A stretch of 64,000 nucleotides of DNA from an uncultured Acidobacteriota bacterium (GTDB lineage: Bacteria; Acidobacteriota; Thermoanaerobaculia; UBA5066; Gp7-AA6), in the NCBI GenBank assembly GCA_963764715.1, contig CAVXTP010000006.1, forward strand, positions 320,001 to 384,000. Direction: 5' to 3'. Positions 1 to 8,517 of the stretch are shown here, piece by piece. Within the stretch, counting starts at the first letter, position 1. Every line of letters begins with the position of its first letter. The notes below the pieces were generated by a model. That model ran no database searches, had not been told where the DNA came from, and was given only the letters and a program-made list of their open reading frames with translations. A program made the translations under genes and the position numbers.

Positions 1-2
1 AC

Positions 3-800
3 TGGCCCTACGGCGAGGATGCCATGGCCACCCTCAACCAGCACCTCAGCTTCCAGGGCATGGAAAGAAACGACGCCACCCACCAGTACTACGACCACGC
101 ACGGTCGCAGCAGTTCAATATCGGAAGGTTCCTGAGTACGGATCCGTACCACGGCTCAATTGAGGAGCCCGCAACTTGGAACCGATATTGCTTCGCGCTG
201 GGTAACCCCATTCGATACACAGATCCTGACGGCCTCAACTCCGATGATGAGCCGAACGATGACTTGCCCAAGAGCGCTTGCTTGGCAAACCCTCAGGCTT
301 GTGGTGCGGAGGCTTCAATAGAAGAATTCGTAAACGTGTCAGGTACCGGCCCAACGGGGGTTGAAATTATCCAGCAGGGCACGGAGGCGGCCGCTCCGGT
401 GGTCTTCCCACTCTTTAACGGGACGATGTTCTTCGCGTCGACTGCCACTGGCAACATGGAGATAACAGCAGGTCTGCGCCTATTCCGGTCAGTAGGATCC
501 GCATGGAATGCATTCCGAACCGCAAGACCCGCACTTCCGTTTAAGCGGGACCTCGCGACCAAGGTTCAAGAAGCTATCGACCGAGCGCTCTCGAGGTCAC
601 CGCGCTTCTCCAAGGACGGGACAACCTTTCGCAATGATCAGGGCCTTCTACCTCAGCGGGGAACCGGCTACTACTCGGAGTGGACGGTCGAACCAGCGCC
701 GGGGTCACCAGGGCGAGGTACTGAGAGGCTCGTCGTTGGGTCAGACGGCGACATCTACTACACTCACAACCACTATGGCTCCTTCGTAAGGATCAAATGA
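3..800 (+). CDS. Rhs toxin C-terminal part (runs off window start) with RNase Sa/barnase-like toxin domain
   Basis: Frame open from position 3 (WPYGED...). Rhs core GRFLSTDP...NPIRYTDPDGL, then FRNDQGLLP..YYSEWTV..RGTERLVVGSDGDIYYTHNHY, matching microbial guanyl-specific RNases. Confidence 0.9.
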   Translation, partial: WPYGEDAMATLNQHLSFQGMERNDATHQYYDHARSQQFNIGRFLSTDPYHGSIEEPATWNRYCFALGNPIRYTDPDGLNSDDEPNDDLPKSACLANPQACGAEASIEEFVNVSGTGPTGVEIIQQGTEAAAPVVFPLFNGTMFFASTATGNMEITAGLRLFRSVGSAWNAFRTARPALPFKRDLATKVQEAIDRALSRSPRFSKDGTTFRNDQGLLPQRGTGYYSEWTVEPAPGSPGRGTERLVVGSDGDIYYTHNHYGSFVRIK

Positions 801-1327
801 CGCTGGAATCCAGAGGTCACCTCACTAAATTGACCGGGTGCATGATGCATCTCGTCACTGCAAGATCCCGGCGGCTCCGTGAGCTAATGCGCGCGGCGGC
901 CGATCTGGGCTTTTTACGGATCGACCTGGATGTGGCCGGCGTTGGAGACAAGGAGACACTACAGTCACTTGTGGCTCAGTCCTTTCGGTTTCCTCCTGAG
1001 CTAGGAACAAACTGGGACGCCTTACTCGACTCGCTTCGCGATTTGTCATGGTTGAAGGCACCCGGCTACATGATCGTTGTGCGCGGCGGCGATCGTGTCG
1101 CGCGGGTTTGCCCCGAGCTTGTCGAAAGACTGTTCCCGATACTGGCGCAGGCACAAGAAGACTGGAGACTCGAGCGCGTCCCTTTCCATGTAGTCGTCGA
1201 GACTGGCGGTCCTGTGGCGTCCGTTCTCGAGCAGACAGACCTCCGAGTTTCACGGCCAGGCGAGTACCCCCTGTCTCGATTGAGGATTATCTGTGATGAC
1301 CGAGTAGCTGATTCTGGCGGGACGTAA
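797..1327 (+). CDS. Barstar-family immunity protein
   Basis: FRFPPELGTNWDALLDSLRDLSWL barstar signature; ATGA overlap with the RNase toxin stop. Confidence 0.9.
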   Translation: MTLESRGHLTKLTGCMMHLVTARSRRLRELMRAAADLGFLRIDLDVAGVGDKETLQSLVAQSFRFPPELGTNWDALLDSLRDLSWLKAPGYMIVVRGGDRVARVCPELVERLFPILAQAQEDWRLERVPFHVVVETGGPVASVLEQTDLRVSRPGEYPLSRLRIICDDRVADSGGT

Positions 1328-1354
1328 GGATATGGGACGTTGTGGGGACCTCGT

Positions 1355-1382
1355 GGGGTCAACCGTGTAAGCCTGTATTGGC
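1355..1382 (+). repeat. Degenerate copy of 28-bp Rhs junction motif
   Basis: GGGGTCAACCGTGTAAGCCTGTATTGGC. Confidence 0.75.
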
Positions 1383-1418
1383 TGCAGAGTCGAAGGGCAC
1401 TCGAGCTTGCAAGCTTCT

Positions 1419-1446
1419 GGGGTCGATCGTGTAATCCTGTATTGCC
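1419..1446 (+). repeat. 28-bp Rhs junction motif
   Basis: GGGGTCGATCGTGTAATCCTGTATTGCC about 20 bp before Rhs homology begins; 1413-1524 recurs at 4449-4560 with 4 mismatches. Confidence 0.9.
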
Positions 1447-1464
1447 AGCGGAGTCGGTGAGCGC

Positions 1465-3738
1465 GGCGACCTGACGACGATCCAGTCCTGGACCTACGAC
1501 ACGACGAACTGTCACCTCGGCCTGATTTGCTCGGAGAGCTACCCGCGCATTTCCGGGACTTTCCCGGTTAACTACACCTACTCCTTCGGGCAGCCCACGG
1601 CGATCACCGCGGGGACGAGCCCCGTCAACCTCGTCACCTCGGCGGCCTACAACCCCGCCGCGGGCCTGGCCTCCTGGGTCTCGGCCAGCAGCCCCACGGT
1701 CACGACGACGATCACACAGGACACGAGCCTTCTACCCCGGCCCAACAAGATCGAGGCCAAACGTGGAACGACCGTCCTCTTCTCGACCGGCGCGTACACG
1801 TACGACTCGGCGGGCAACATCCTCTCCCAGGCCGACGGGACCTACGGCGGCACCTATACCTACGACAAGGGCTCGAGGCTGCTCTCGGCAACCTACTCCG
1901 GTACCCCCCGCACCTTCGCCTACGACGGCTACGGCAACCTCACGCAAAACGGCGCCTACACGATGGCGATGAACGCGTCCCTGAACAACCAGGTCGATAG
2001 CGTGACCATCAGCGGCGGTTCGCCGATCGCCACCGCTTACGACCCCCGGGGCAACATGACGGGGGCCGTGGGCGAGGTGATCTTCTTCGACGCGCTCGAC
2101 CGGGTCTACCGCAGCAAGAACGATCTCGTCGGCGACTACACGTTCCTCCACAACGGCGCCGGGGAGCGGGTCCTGAAGTTCTCCTCCAAGTTCACCGTCC
2201 TGCGCCGCGAGATGGCACGCTACATCGCCGAGGCCAACATCATCGCGCGGGGCTGGACCCTGCCTCTCTGCGACGGATTCAACCCTTCCCCCTTCACCGA
2301 CGTCCCCTGCTCGGACCCCGACGCCCGCCACATCAAGCTCGCGTTCCAGCAGGCGATCACCGCCGGCTGCACCGGCTCGACCTTCTGCCCCGACACCGCC
2401 ATCACCCGCACCCAGATGGCCGTATTCATGGTGAAAGGCTACCGCGGCGCCTCCTTCGTCCCCCAGTCCTGCCCGCCCGCGGTCAACCCGTTCACCGACT
2501 TCACTTGCTCCGGCCCCTACGCCGCGTATGCCCCGTTCATCATTCAGCTCTACAATGACCACGTGACCGGAGGCTGCGGCCTGAACACCTTCTGCCCCGG
2601 CGACCCCATCGGCGAATGGGAAACCCTCGTCTGGCTCGCCAAGGGCGGTCCCCCAAACGGCTCGGGCACCATCCCCTTCTGGCCCACCTATCACCCCGTC
2701 CCCCGCGGCTCGACCTACACCCTGCGCGACGAGGGCAACCGCGTCGTCACCGAGATCGCCGGGGGTCTGTCGGGCTCGGGCACGGCCTCGCTCAACGTCG
2801 CCCGGGACAACGTCTACCTCGGCGGCCTGCTCGTCGCCTCCAGCGCCGGCGCCTGGAGCTACTCGGCCTCCGATCACCTCGGCTCGATCCGGGCCGTCTG
2901 GAACGCCTCGGGGACCAAGACCGAGGACCACCGCTACTGGCCCTACGGCGAGGATGCGACGGCCACCCTCAACCAGCACCTCGCGTTCCAGGGCATGGAA
3001 AGAAACGACGCCACTAACCAGTACTACGACCATGCACGGACTCAGCAGTTCAATATCGGACGGTTCTTGAGTACGGATGTCATCGACGGCTACCCCGAAG
3101 AGCCAAGGAGTTGGAACCGGTACGTGTTCGGGTTTGATAACCCGATGGTCTACACCGACCCCCTCGGCCTCGAGCCGGACAACCCGAGCGGGCAGTCGAA
3201 GTCGGCGGGCGACAAACGTCTCGATCCTGGTTTCTTCTGCTTCTTCTTTCGCTGCCAATCAGATGTAACCGTCACGGGCCACGCAACTGGCTCAACTTGG
3301 AATCCTGGAGGTGGAGGCTTTCCGGGAACGACCGGGCGATTCACGCTCCGTGGGCTGGCACCCTTGGTGGACGGAGCCATACCATTTTCCGACCCTCTTG
3401 CGTTGGCCCATTGGTATGACCCGGATGACTTGGGTATGCACGAAAGTTACATAGCCGGCCTTGCCATCCAAGAGTCAGTCCTTGTCACCGCAACGGCAGA
3501 ACGGGCAGTAGTTGCAACCGCCGAGAGGGCCACACTGAATGCCTGGCGCATGCCGATAGGTAAGCGCGAAGGTAGCTTCATAACCGAGAATATCTTCCGT
3601 TGGGGCTCTCGGCCTTTCCGCCACTTCCATCTCGGGCCAAAGCGCCTCATGGGCCATCATTTACCTGGCGAACTGCGTACTTACCTCGGTCACGCGCGGG
3701 CGCTAATTATTCAGGCCTTGAAACGGTTGGGTTCGTGA
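1465..3738 (+). CDS. Orphan (5'-truncated) Rhs cassette 2: YD repeats, inserted SLH module, Rhs core, unknown C-terminal toxin
   Basis: Frame open from 1435 (after TAA 1432-1434), first ATG/GTG/TTG at 1963. [35 protein letters not shown]. Confidence 0.85.
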   Translation, partial: GDLTTIQSWTYDTTNCHLGLICSESYPRISGTFPVNYTYSFGQPTAITAGTSPVNLVTSAAYNPAAGLASWVSASSPTVTTTITQDTSLLPRPNKIEAKRGTTVLFSTGAYTYDSAGNILSQADGTYGGTYTYDKGSRLLSATYSGTPRTFAYDGYGNLTQNGAYTMAMNASLNNQVDSVTISGGSPIATAYDPRGNMTGAVGEVIFFDALDRVYRSKNDLVGDYTFLHNGAGERVLKFSSKFTVLRREMARYIAEANIIARGWTLPLCDGFNPSPFTDVPCSDPDARHIKLAFQQAITAGCTGSTFCPDTAITRTQMAVFMVKGYRGASFVPQSCPPAVNPFTDFTCSGPYAAYAPFIIQLYNDHVTGGCGLNTFCPGDPIGEWETLVWLAKGGPPNGSGTIPFWPTYHPVPRGSTYTLRDEGNRVVTEIAGGLSGSGTASLNVARDNVYLGGLLVASSAGAWSYSASDHLGSIRAVWNASGTKTEDHRYWPYGEDATATLNQHLAFQGMERNDATNQYYDHARTQQFNIGRFLSTDVIDGYPEEPRSWNRYVFGFDNPMVYTDPLGLEPDNPSGQSKSAGDKRLDPGFFCFFFRCQSDVTVTGHATGSTWNPGGGGFPGTTGRFTLRGLAPLVDGAIPFSDPLALAHWYDPDDLGMHESYIAGLAIQESVLVTATAERAVVATAERATLNAWRMPIGKREGSFITENIFRWGSRPFRHFHLGPKRLMGHHLPGELRTYLGHARALIIQALKRLGS
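1474..3078 (+). repeat. ~1.6-kb near-identical direct repeat of the Rhs body (second copy 4933-6536)
   Basis: Nucleotide identity with offset 3459; identity drops after GRFLSTD. Confidence 0.95.
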
Positions 3739-4343
3739 CTCTCCGGTACCTTACCTTCTGGAATCGGCTTGAACCCGGGTGTGACCCCCGGCCGGACGAG
3801 GATGAGTGGCCTGATGCCCGACCGAGTTTCGCCTCGGAAACGTGGCCTTTGATCGAAACGAAACGCGCATCGATTACAGGTCTCTATTATTGGAATCGAC
3901 GGGGGGAGAGCTCGCTGCTCAGCGGGCTCGCCTCATCGGGAACATCGGTTCCAGGATTTCTACGACTCATAAACCTTGTCGAAATGGATTCTGCTGCCCT
4001 AGATCGAGTCTTCACAGCAGCGGACGGCGACATGGAGGTTTTTTTCGAGACGGATGACCAGTGGTTCCTGCGAGCCTTGTGCGCCCTGTGGCCACGACCC
4101 GGTATCTTGCGCGTTGGCAGGGAAAGACTGGGTCGCCTCACCGAAGCAGAGGTTGAGACCCTCGGCCGCGCCGTTTCCGCGATCCCGGCTGACCGTGCCT
4201 GGTTCTCACTTAACGATGAAGGATGGTTGCTCTACGTTTTCGGTTCTCAGGGACTGCTTACCTGGGCACAGCAAAGCAAGGGTCGTCGCGAGCAAGCCGA
4301 TAGCCGGAGCTGGTCGTTGAAGCCCGAGCCCGAGACCCAATAG
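3735..4343 (+). CDS. Putative immunity protein of cassette 2 (unknown family)
   Basis: GTG at 3735 overlaps the toxin stop (GTGA); sits directly after the toxin; lower-GC look. Confidence 0.7.
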   Translation: MTLRYLTFWNRLEPGCDPRPDEDEWPDARPSFASETWPLIETKRASITGLYYWNRRGESSLLSGLASSGTSVPGFLRLINLVEMDSAALDRVFTAADGDMEVFFETDDQWFLRALCALWPRPGILRVGRERLGRLTEAEVETLGRAVSAIPADRAWFSLNDEGWLLYVFGSQGLLTWAQQSKGRREQADSRSWSLKPEPETQ

Positions 4344-4454
4344 GATTCAGACACCAGGTAGGAATCGATTCCAAGACCAGGCTGGCGGGCAGTCGATACG
4401 GCCGCCCGCAAAGGCAACCTCATGCCACGACGACGCAGTCCTGGATGAGCTTCT

Positions 4455-4482
4455 GGGGTCGATCGTGCAATCCTGTATTGCC
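4455..4482 (+). repeat. 28-bp Rhs junction motif followed by a 60-bp abortive Rhs stub (4501-4560)
   Basis: GGGGTCGATCGTGCAATCCTGTATTGCC. Confidence 0.9.
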
Positions 4483-4645
4483 AGCGGAGTCGGTGAGCGC
4501 GGCGACCTGACGACGACGCAGTCCTGGACCTACGGCACGACGAACTGTCACCTCGGCCTGTAAGGCGGCCTAACGCGAAGCGCCTCAAGCTGATCGTCCA
4601 ACAGGAAATGACCGCCACCGCACTGGTTCGGTCTTCCGTCGCGGC

Positions 4646-4860
4646 ACCGGCATCACCCGCGCCCAGCTGGCCGTGTTTCGGAGCCAACGACCCACGGCTC
4701 GATCCGAATGTCGATGTCCTAGCATCGGTGTCGGCGACTAGGGTTCGAATTCGCTTCCGACGTCGGATCCAGCATGAGCGGATGCCATTCGCGATAATCG
4801 CGTTATCGTCCCGAATGCTCCGACCATGACCGATCGCGCCTCGTTCAACCGGATCTGCAC
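4646..4860 (+). repeat. Diverged duplicate of 8347-8552 (upstream region and first 35 nt of the 8518 gene)
   Basis: ATGACCGATCGCGCCTCGTTCAACCGGATCTGCAC identical at 4826-4860 and 8518-8552; CACGGCTCGATCCGAATGT shared upstream. Confidence 0.85.
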
Positions 4861-4866
4861 GGGGAT

Positions 4867-7229
4867 TTGGGGGGTCAATCGTGTAATCCTGTATTGCCAG
4901 CATACCCGGTCGGCAACGGCAACCTCGCGGCTACGACGATCCAGTCCTGGACCTACGACACGACGAACTGTCACCTCGGCCTGATTTGCTCGGAGAGCTA
5001 CCCGCGCATCTCGGGGACCTTCCCGGTCAACTACACCTACTCCTTCGGGCAGCCCACGGCGATCACCGCGGGGACGAGCCCCGTCAACCTCGTCACCTCG
5101 GCGGCCTACAACCCCGCCGCGGGCCTGGCCTCCTGGGTCTCGGCCAGCAGCCCCACGGTCACGACGACGATCACACAGGACACGAGCCTTCTACCCCGGC
5201 CCAACAAGATCGAGGCCAAACGTGGAACGACCGTCCTCTTCTCGACCGGCGCGTACACGTACGACTCGGCGGGCAACATCCTCTCCCAGGCCGACGGGAC
5301 CTACGGCGGCACCTATACCTACGACAAGGGCTCGAGGCTGCTCTCGGCAACCTACTCCGGTACCCCCCGCACCTTCGCCTACGACGGCTACGGCAACCTC
5401 ACGCAAAACGGCGCCTACACGATGGCGATGAACGCGTCCCTGAACAACCAGGTCGATAGCGTGACCATCAGCGGCGGTTCGCCGATCGCCACCGCTTACG
5501 ACCCCCGGGGCAACATGACGGGGGCCGTGGGCGAGGTGATCTTCTTCGACGCGCTCGACCGGGTCTACCGCAGCAAGAACGATCTCGTCGGCGACTACAC
5601 GTTCCTCCACAACGGCGCCGGGGAGCGGGTCCTGAAGTTCTCCTCCAAGTTCACCGTCCTGCGCCGCGAGATGGCACGCTACATCGCCGAGGCCAACATC
5701 ATCGCGCGGGGCTGGACCCTGCCTCTTTGCGACGGATCCAACCCTTCGCCCTTTACCGACGTCCCCTGCTCGGACCCCGACGCCCGCCACATCAAGCTCG
5801 CGTTCCAGCAGTCGATCACAGCCGGCTGCACCGGCTCGACCTTCTGCCCCGACACCGCCATCACCCGCGCTCAGATGGCCGTCTTCATGGTCAAGGGCTA
5901 CCGCGGCGCCTCCTTCGTCCCCCAGTCCTGCCCGCCCGCGGTCAACCCGTTCACCGACTTCACTTGCTCCGGCCCCTACGCCGCGTATGCCCCGTTCATC
6001 ATTCAGCTCTACAATGACCACGTGACCGGAGGCTGCGGCCTGAACACCTTCTGCCCCGGCGACCCCATCGGCGAATGGGAAACCCTCGTCTGGCTCGCCA
6101 AGGGCGGTCCCCCAAACGGCTCGGGCACCATCCCCTTCTGGCCCACCTATCACCCCGTCCCCCGCGGCTCGACCTACACCCTGCGCGACGAGGGCAACCG
6201 CGTCGTCACCGAGATCGCCGGGGGCCTCTCGGGATCGAGCACCGCCTCACTCACCGTCGCCCGGGACAACGTGTATCTCGGCGGCCTGCTCGTCGCCTCC
6301 AGCGCCGGCGCCTGGAGCTACTCGGCCTCCGATCACCTCGGCTCGATCCGCGCCGTCTGGAACGCCTCGGGACGAAGACCGAGGACCACCGCTACTGGCC
6401 CTACGGCGAAGACGCCACGGCCACCCTCAACCAGCACCTCAGCTTCCAGAGCATGGAAAGAAACGACGCCACCCACCAGTACTACGACCACGCACGGACA
6501 CAGCAGTTCAATATCGGACGGTTCTTGAGCACGGATCTGCTACGAGGCACCCCGGCAAGCCCTTCGTCTTGGAACCTCTACACATTCGCACTCAACAATC
6601 CTGTGAGGCTTACAGATCCCGACGGACTAGAGGCCGACAATCCGAGCGGCCACTCGAGTCTAATGGGTCGATTCTTCTCGTGGGTATCGCGAACCTTCAA
6701 GAGCTTCTTTCCCGGACCACGCCAGCTTTCACCAGGCGATCCGAACGCGGAAGCGATGAATGACGAAACGGTTGGCAATACGCCCTCGCAAGTCAATCGG
6801 ATGGCCAACCCCGGCGGCGTTGCTCAAAGCGGCATCCTCGAGGGCGGGGCCACTGTCACGGCAGCGGGAGCAACAGCAGTTGCAGTCATCATTGTCGACC
6901 GTGCGACGGGGAAAGTCATCGAAGTTCTCGCGGACACCGCGAGCGTAGCTGCCAAGATCCTCTCGGCAGAGCGAGTTGACTCCGGCCTGAAAGCGGATGC
7001 CCTGCACAGGGCGGCGAGCTTCGTGAGCCGCGAGCAACTCGAGGCAGGGACTGCGTTCAGAATCACGGGCCGCGACGGCGCCGAGGTTACTCTTCTTCAA
7101 ACTCCGGGGGGCGGGAACGGACGATCTGGGATTTACGAATACGTCTTGGAGCGAAGCGGTGTTGTGTCCCATCAACGGTTCATTCCGGGTGGGACCATCA
7201 CAGGTTACCCGAATCAGGTGGTGAGGTAA
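4867..7229 (+). CDS. Orphan Rhs cassette 3 with SLH insert and polymorphic C-terminal toxin; 1-nt frameshift at ~6370
   Basis: ORFs 4867-6528 and 6075-7229 join at a GGG vs GGGG difference from copy 2. Core [12 protein letters not shown]; CT motifs HRAASF and [24 protein letters not shown]. Confidence 0.85.
4871..4898 (+). repeat. 28-bp Rhs junction motif
   Basis: GGGGTCAATCGTGTAATCCTGTATTGCC immediately before Rhs cassette 3. Confidence 0.9.
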
Positions 7230-7234
7230 GGTTC

Positions 7235-7753
7235 ATGGACGTGGTCCGCTTGTGGATTCCGTACGGTTTCATCCGCAATAGAGTCCGGATGACCTGGCGT
7301 GAGATCCTGTTTGGCCTGGATGAGGAACTATTAGACCCTTCCGCTCCGACGCATCTCGCGACCGACATAGTGGATGAGGCGAATTCGCCCGATTCGAGGC
7401 TGGTTGATCTCGCCGGATTGAGCGCCCACCAGGATGCCCGTCCGTACGTCGAGGCCTTGGCCGCGCGCGAGCCGGAGGAGCCTCTGCCAGAAATCAAGGC
7501 GAAATGGCTTTGCGTGTCGTTGGCCTGGCTTTACGAGCGCAGGAACGAGTACGAAGACCCCCTGCGCGAAGTCGCAAAGGTCTACGCCGACTTCGATTAC
7601 CCGGAGCGGATTGCGAGCTTCGTGCACTACATGCCCATGGACGAACCGGACCTCGGCAGTCGCGAGCTCAATGAAGCACGTCTCTACCAGAAATGGAAAG
7701 ATTACCTAGACGATTGCTGGAGTGAGCACGCGCGCCATCTTGGGACACGTTGA
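7235..7753 (+). CDS. DUF2247-family immunity protein
   Basis: KWLCVSLAWLYERR..DPL..V..VYADFDYPERIASFVHYMP motif. Confidence 0.8.
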   Translation: MDVVRLWIPYGFIRNRVRMTWREILFGLDEELLDPSAPTHLATDIVDEANSPDSRLVDLAGLSAHQDARPYVEALAAREPEEPLPEIKAKWLCVSLAWLYERRNEYEDPLREVAKVYADFDYPERIASFVHYMPMDEPDLGSRELNEARLYQKWKDYLDDCWSEHARHLGTR

Positions 7754-7775
7754 AACCTGGGTCGGACCTTCAATT

Positions 7776-8299
7776 CCCCCCGCAGCTTCGCCTACGACGG
7801 CTACGGCAACCTCACGCAACACGGCGCCTACACCATGGCGATGAATTCTTCCCTCAACAACCAGGTCGACACCGTCACGATCGCCGGGACGCCGCCGACC
7901 GTGATCGCCACCGCCTACGACTCCCGGGGCAACATGACCGGGGCCGTGGGCGAAGTGATCTTCTTCGACTCACTCGACCGGGTCTACCGCAGCAAGAACG
8001 ACCTCGTGGGCGACTACACGTTCCTCCACAACGGCGCCGGGGAGCGGATCCTGAAGTTCCCCTCCAAGTTCTCCGTCCTGCGCCGCGAGATGGCCCGCTA
8101 CATCGCCGAGGCCAACATCATCGCCAGAGGCTGGACCCTGCCTCTCTGCGACGGATCCAACCCTTCCCCCTTCACCGACGTCCCCTGCTCGGACCCCGAC
8201 GCCCGCCACATCAAGCTCGCGTTCCAGCAGGCGATCACCGCCAGCTGCACCGGCTCGACCTTCTGCCCCGACACCGCCATCACCCGCGCTCAGATGGCC
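7776..8299 (+). pseudogene. Internal Rhs/SLH fragment from a diverged allele, truncated at a junction motif
   Basis: Starts at [11 protein letters not shown] and ends at ITRAQMA; has a 2-aa indel and substitutions relative to copies 2/3. Confidence 0.85.
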
Positions 8300-8302
8300 T
8301 CT

Positions 8303-8330
8303 GGGGTCGATCGTGTAATCCTGGATTGCC
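8303..8330 (+). repeat. 28-bp Rhs junction motif at the right end of the array
   Basis: GGGGTCGATCGTGTAATCCTGGATTGCC, 3 nt after Rhs homology ends. Confidence 0.9.
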
Positions 8331-8517
8331 GCCGCAGTCGGTGAGCGCGCCCAGCCGTGTTTCGGAGTCAACGACTCACGGGGACGACTCACGGCTCGAT
8401 CCGAATGTTGACGTCTTGGCGTCGGTATCGAAGGACGAGAGTTAGGACTCGCTTCCGACGGCCGGACCCAGCGTAGGCGGCTGCACGCAATCGGTTATCG
8501 TCTCGACTAACTGGGCC

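Noticed and set aside
1419-1446. 28-bp motif as a XerCD dif site or integron attC
   Set aside because: Length fits dif, but there is no TTATGTTAAAT-like XerD arm and no RYYYAAC..GTTRRRY ends or long hairpin
6365-6375. Phase-variable or programmed frameshift in Rhs cassette 3
   Set aside because: One G missing from a 4-G run; similar indels break many unrelated genes, so sequencing error is more likely. Reads are needed to settle it
1474-6536. Rhs duplicates or cytochrome repeats as DGR template/variable regions
   Set aside because: Differences are mostly synonymous and not visibly adenine-specific; no reverse transcriptase in the window
1355-8330. 28-bp motif as a CRISPR repeat
   Set aside because: Spacing is irregular (64 bp to 3.4 kb), intervening DNA is coding, and no cas genes are present
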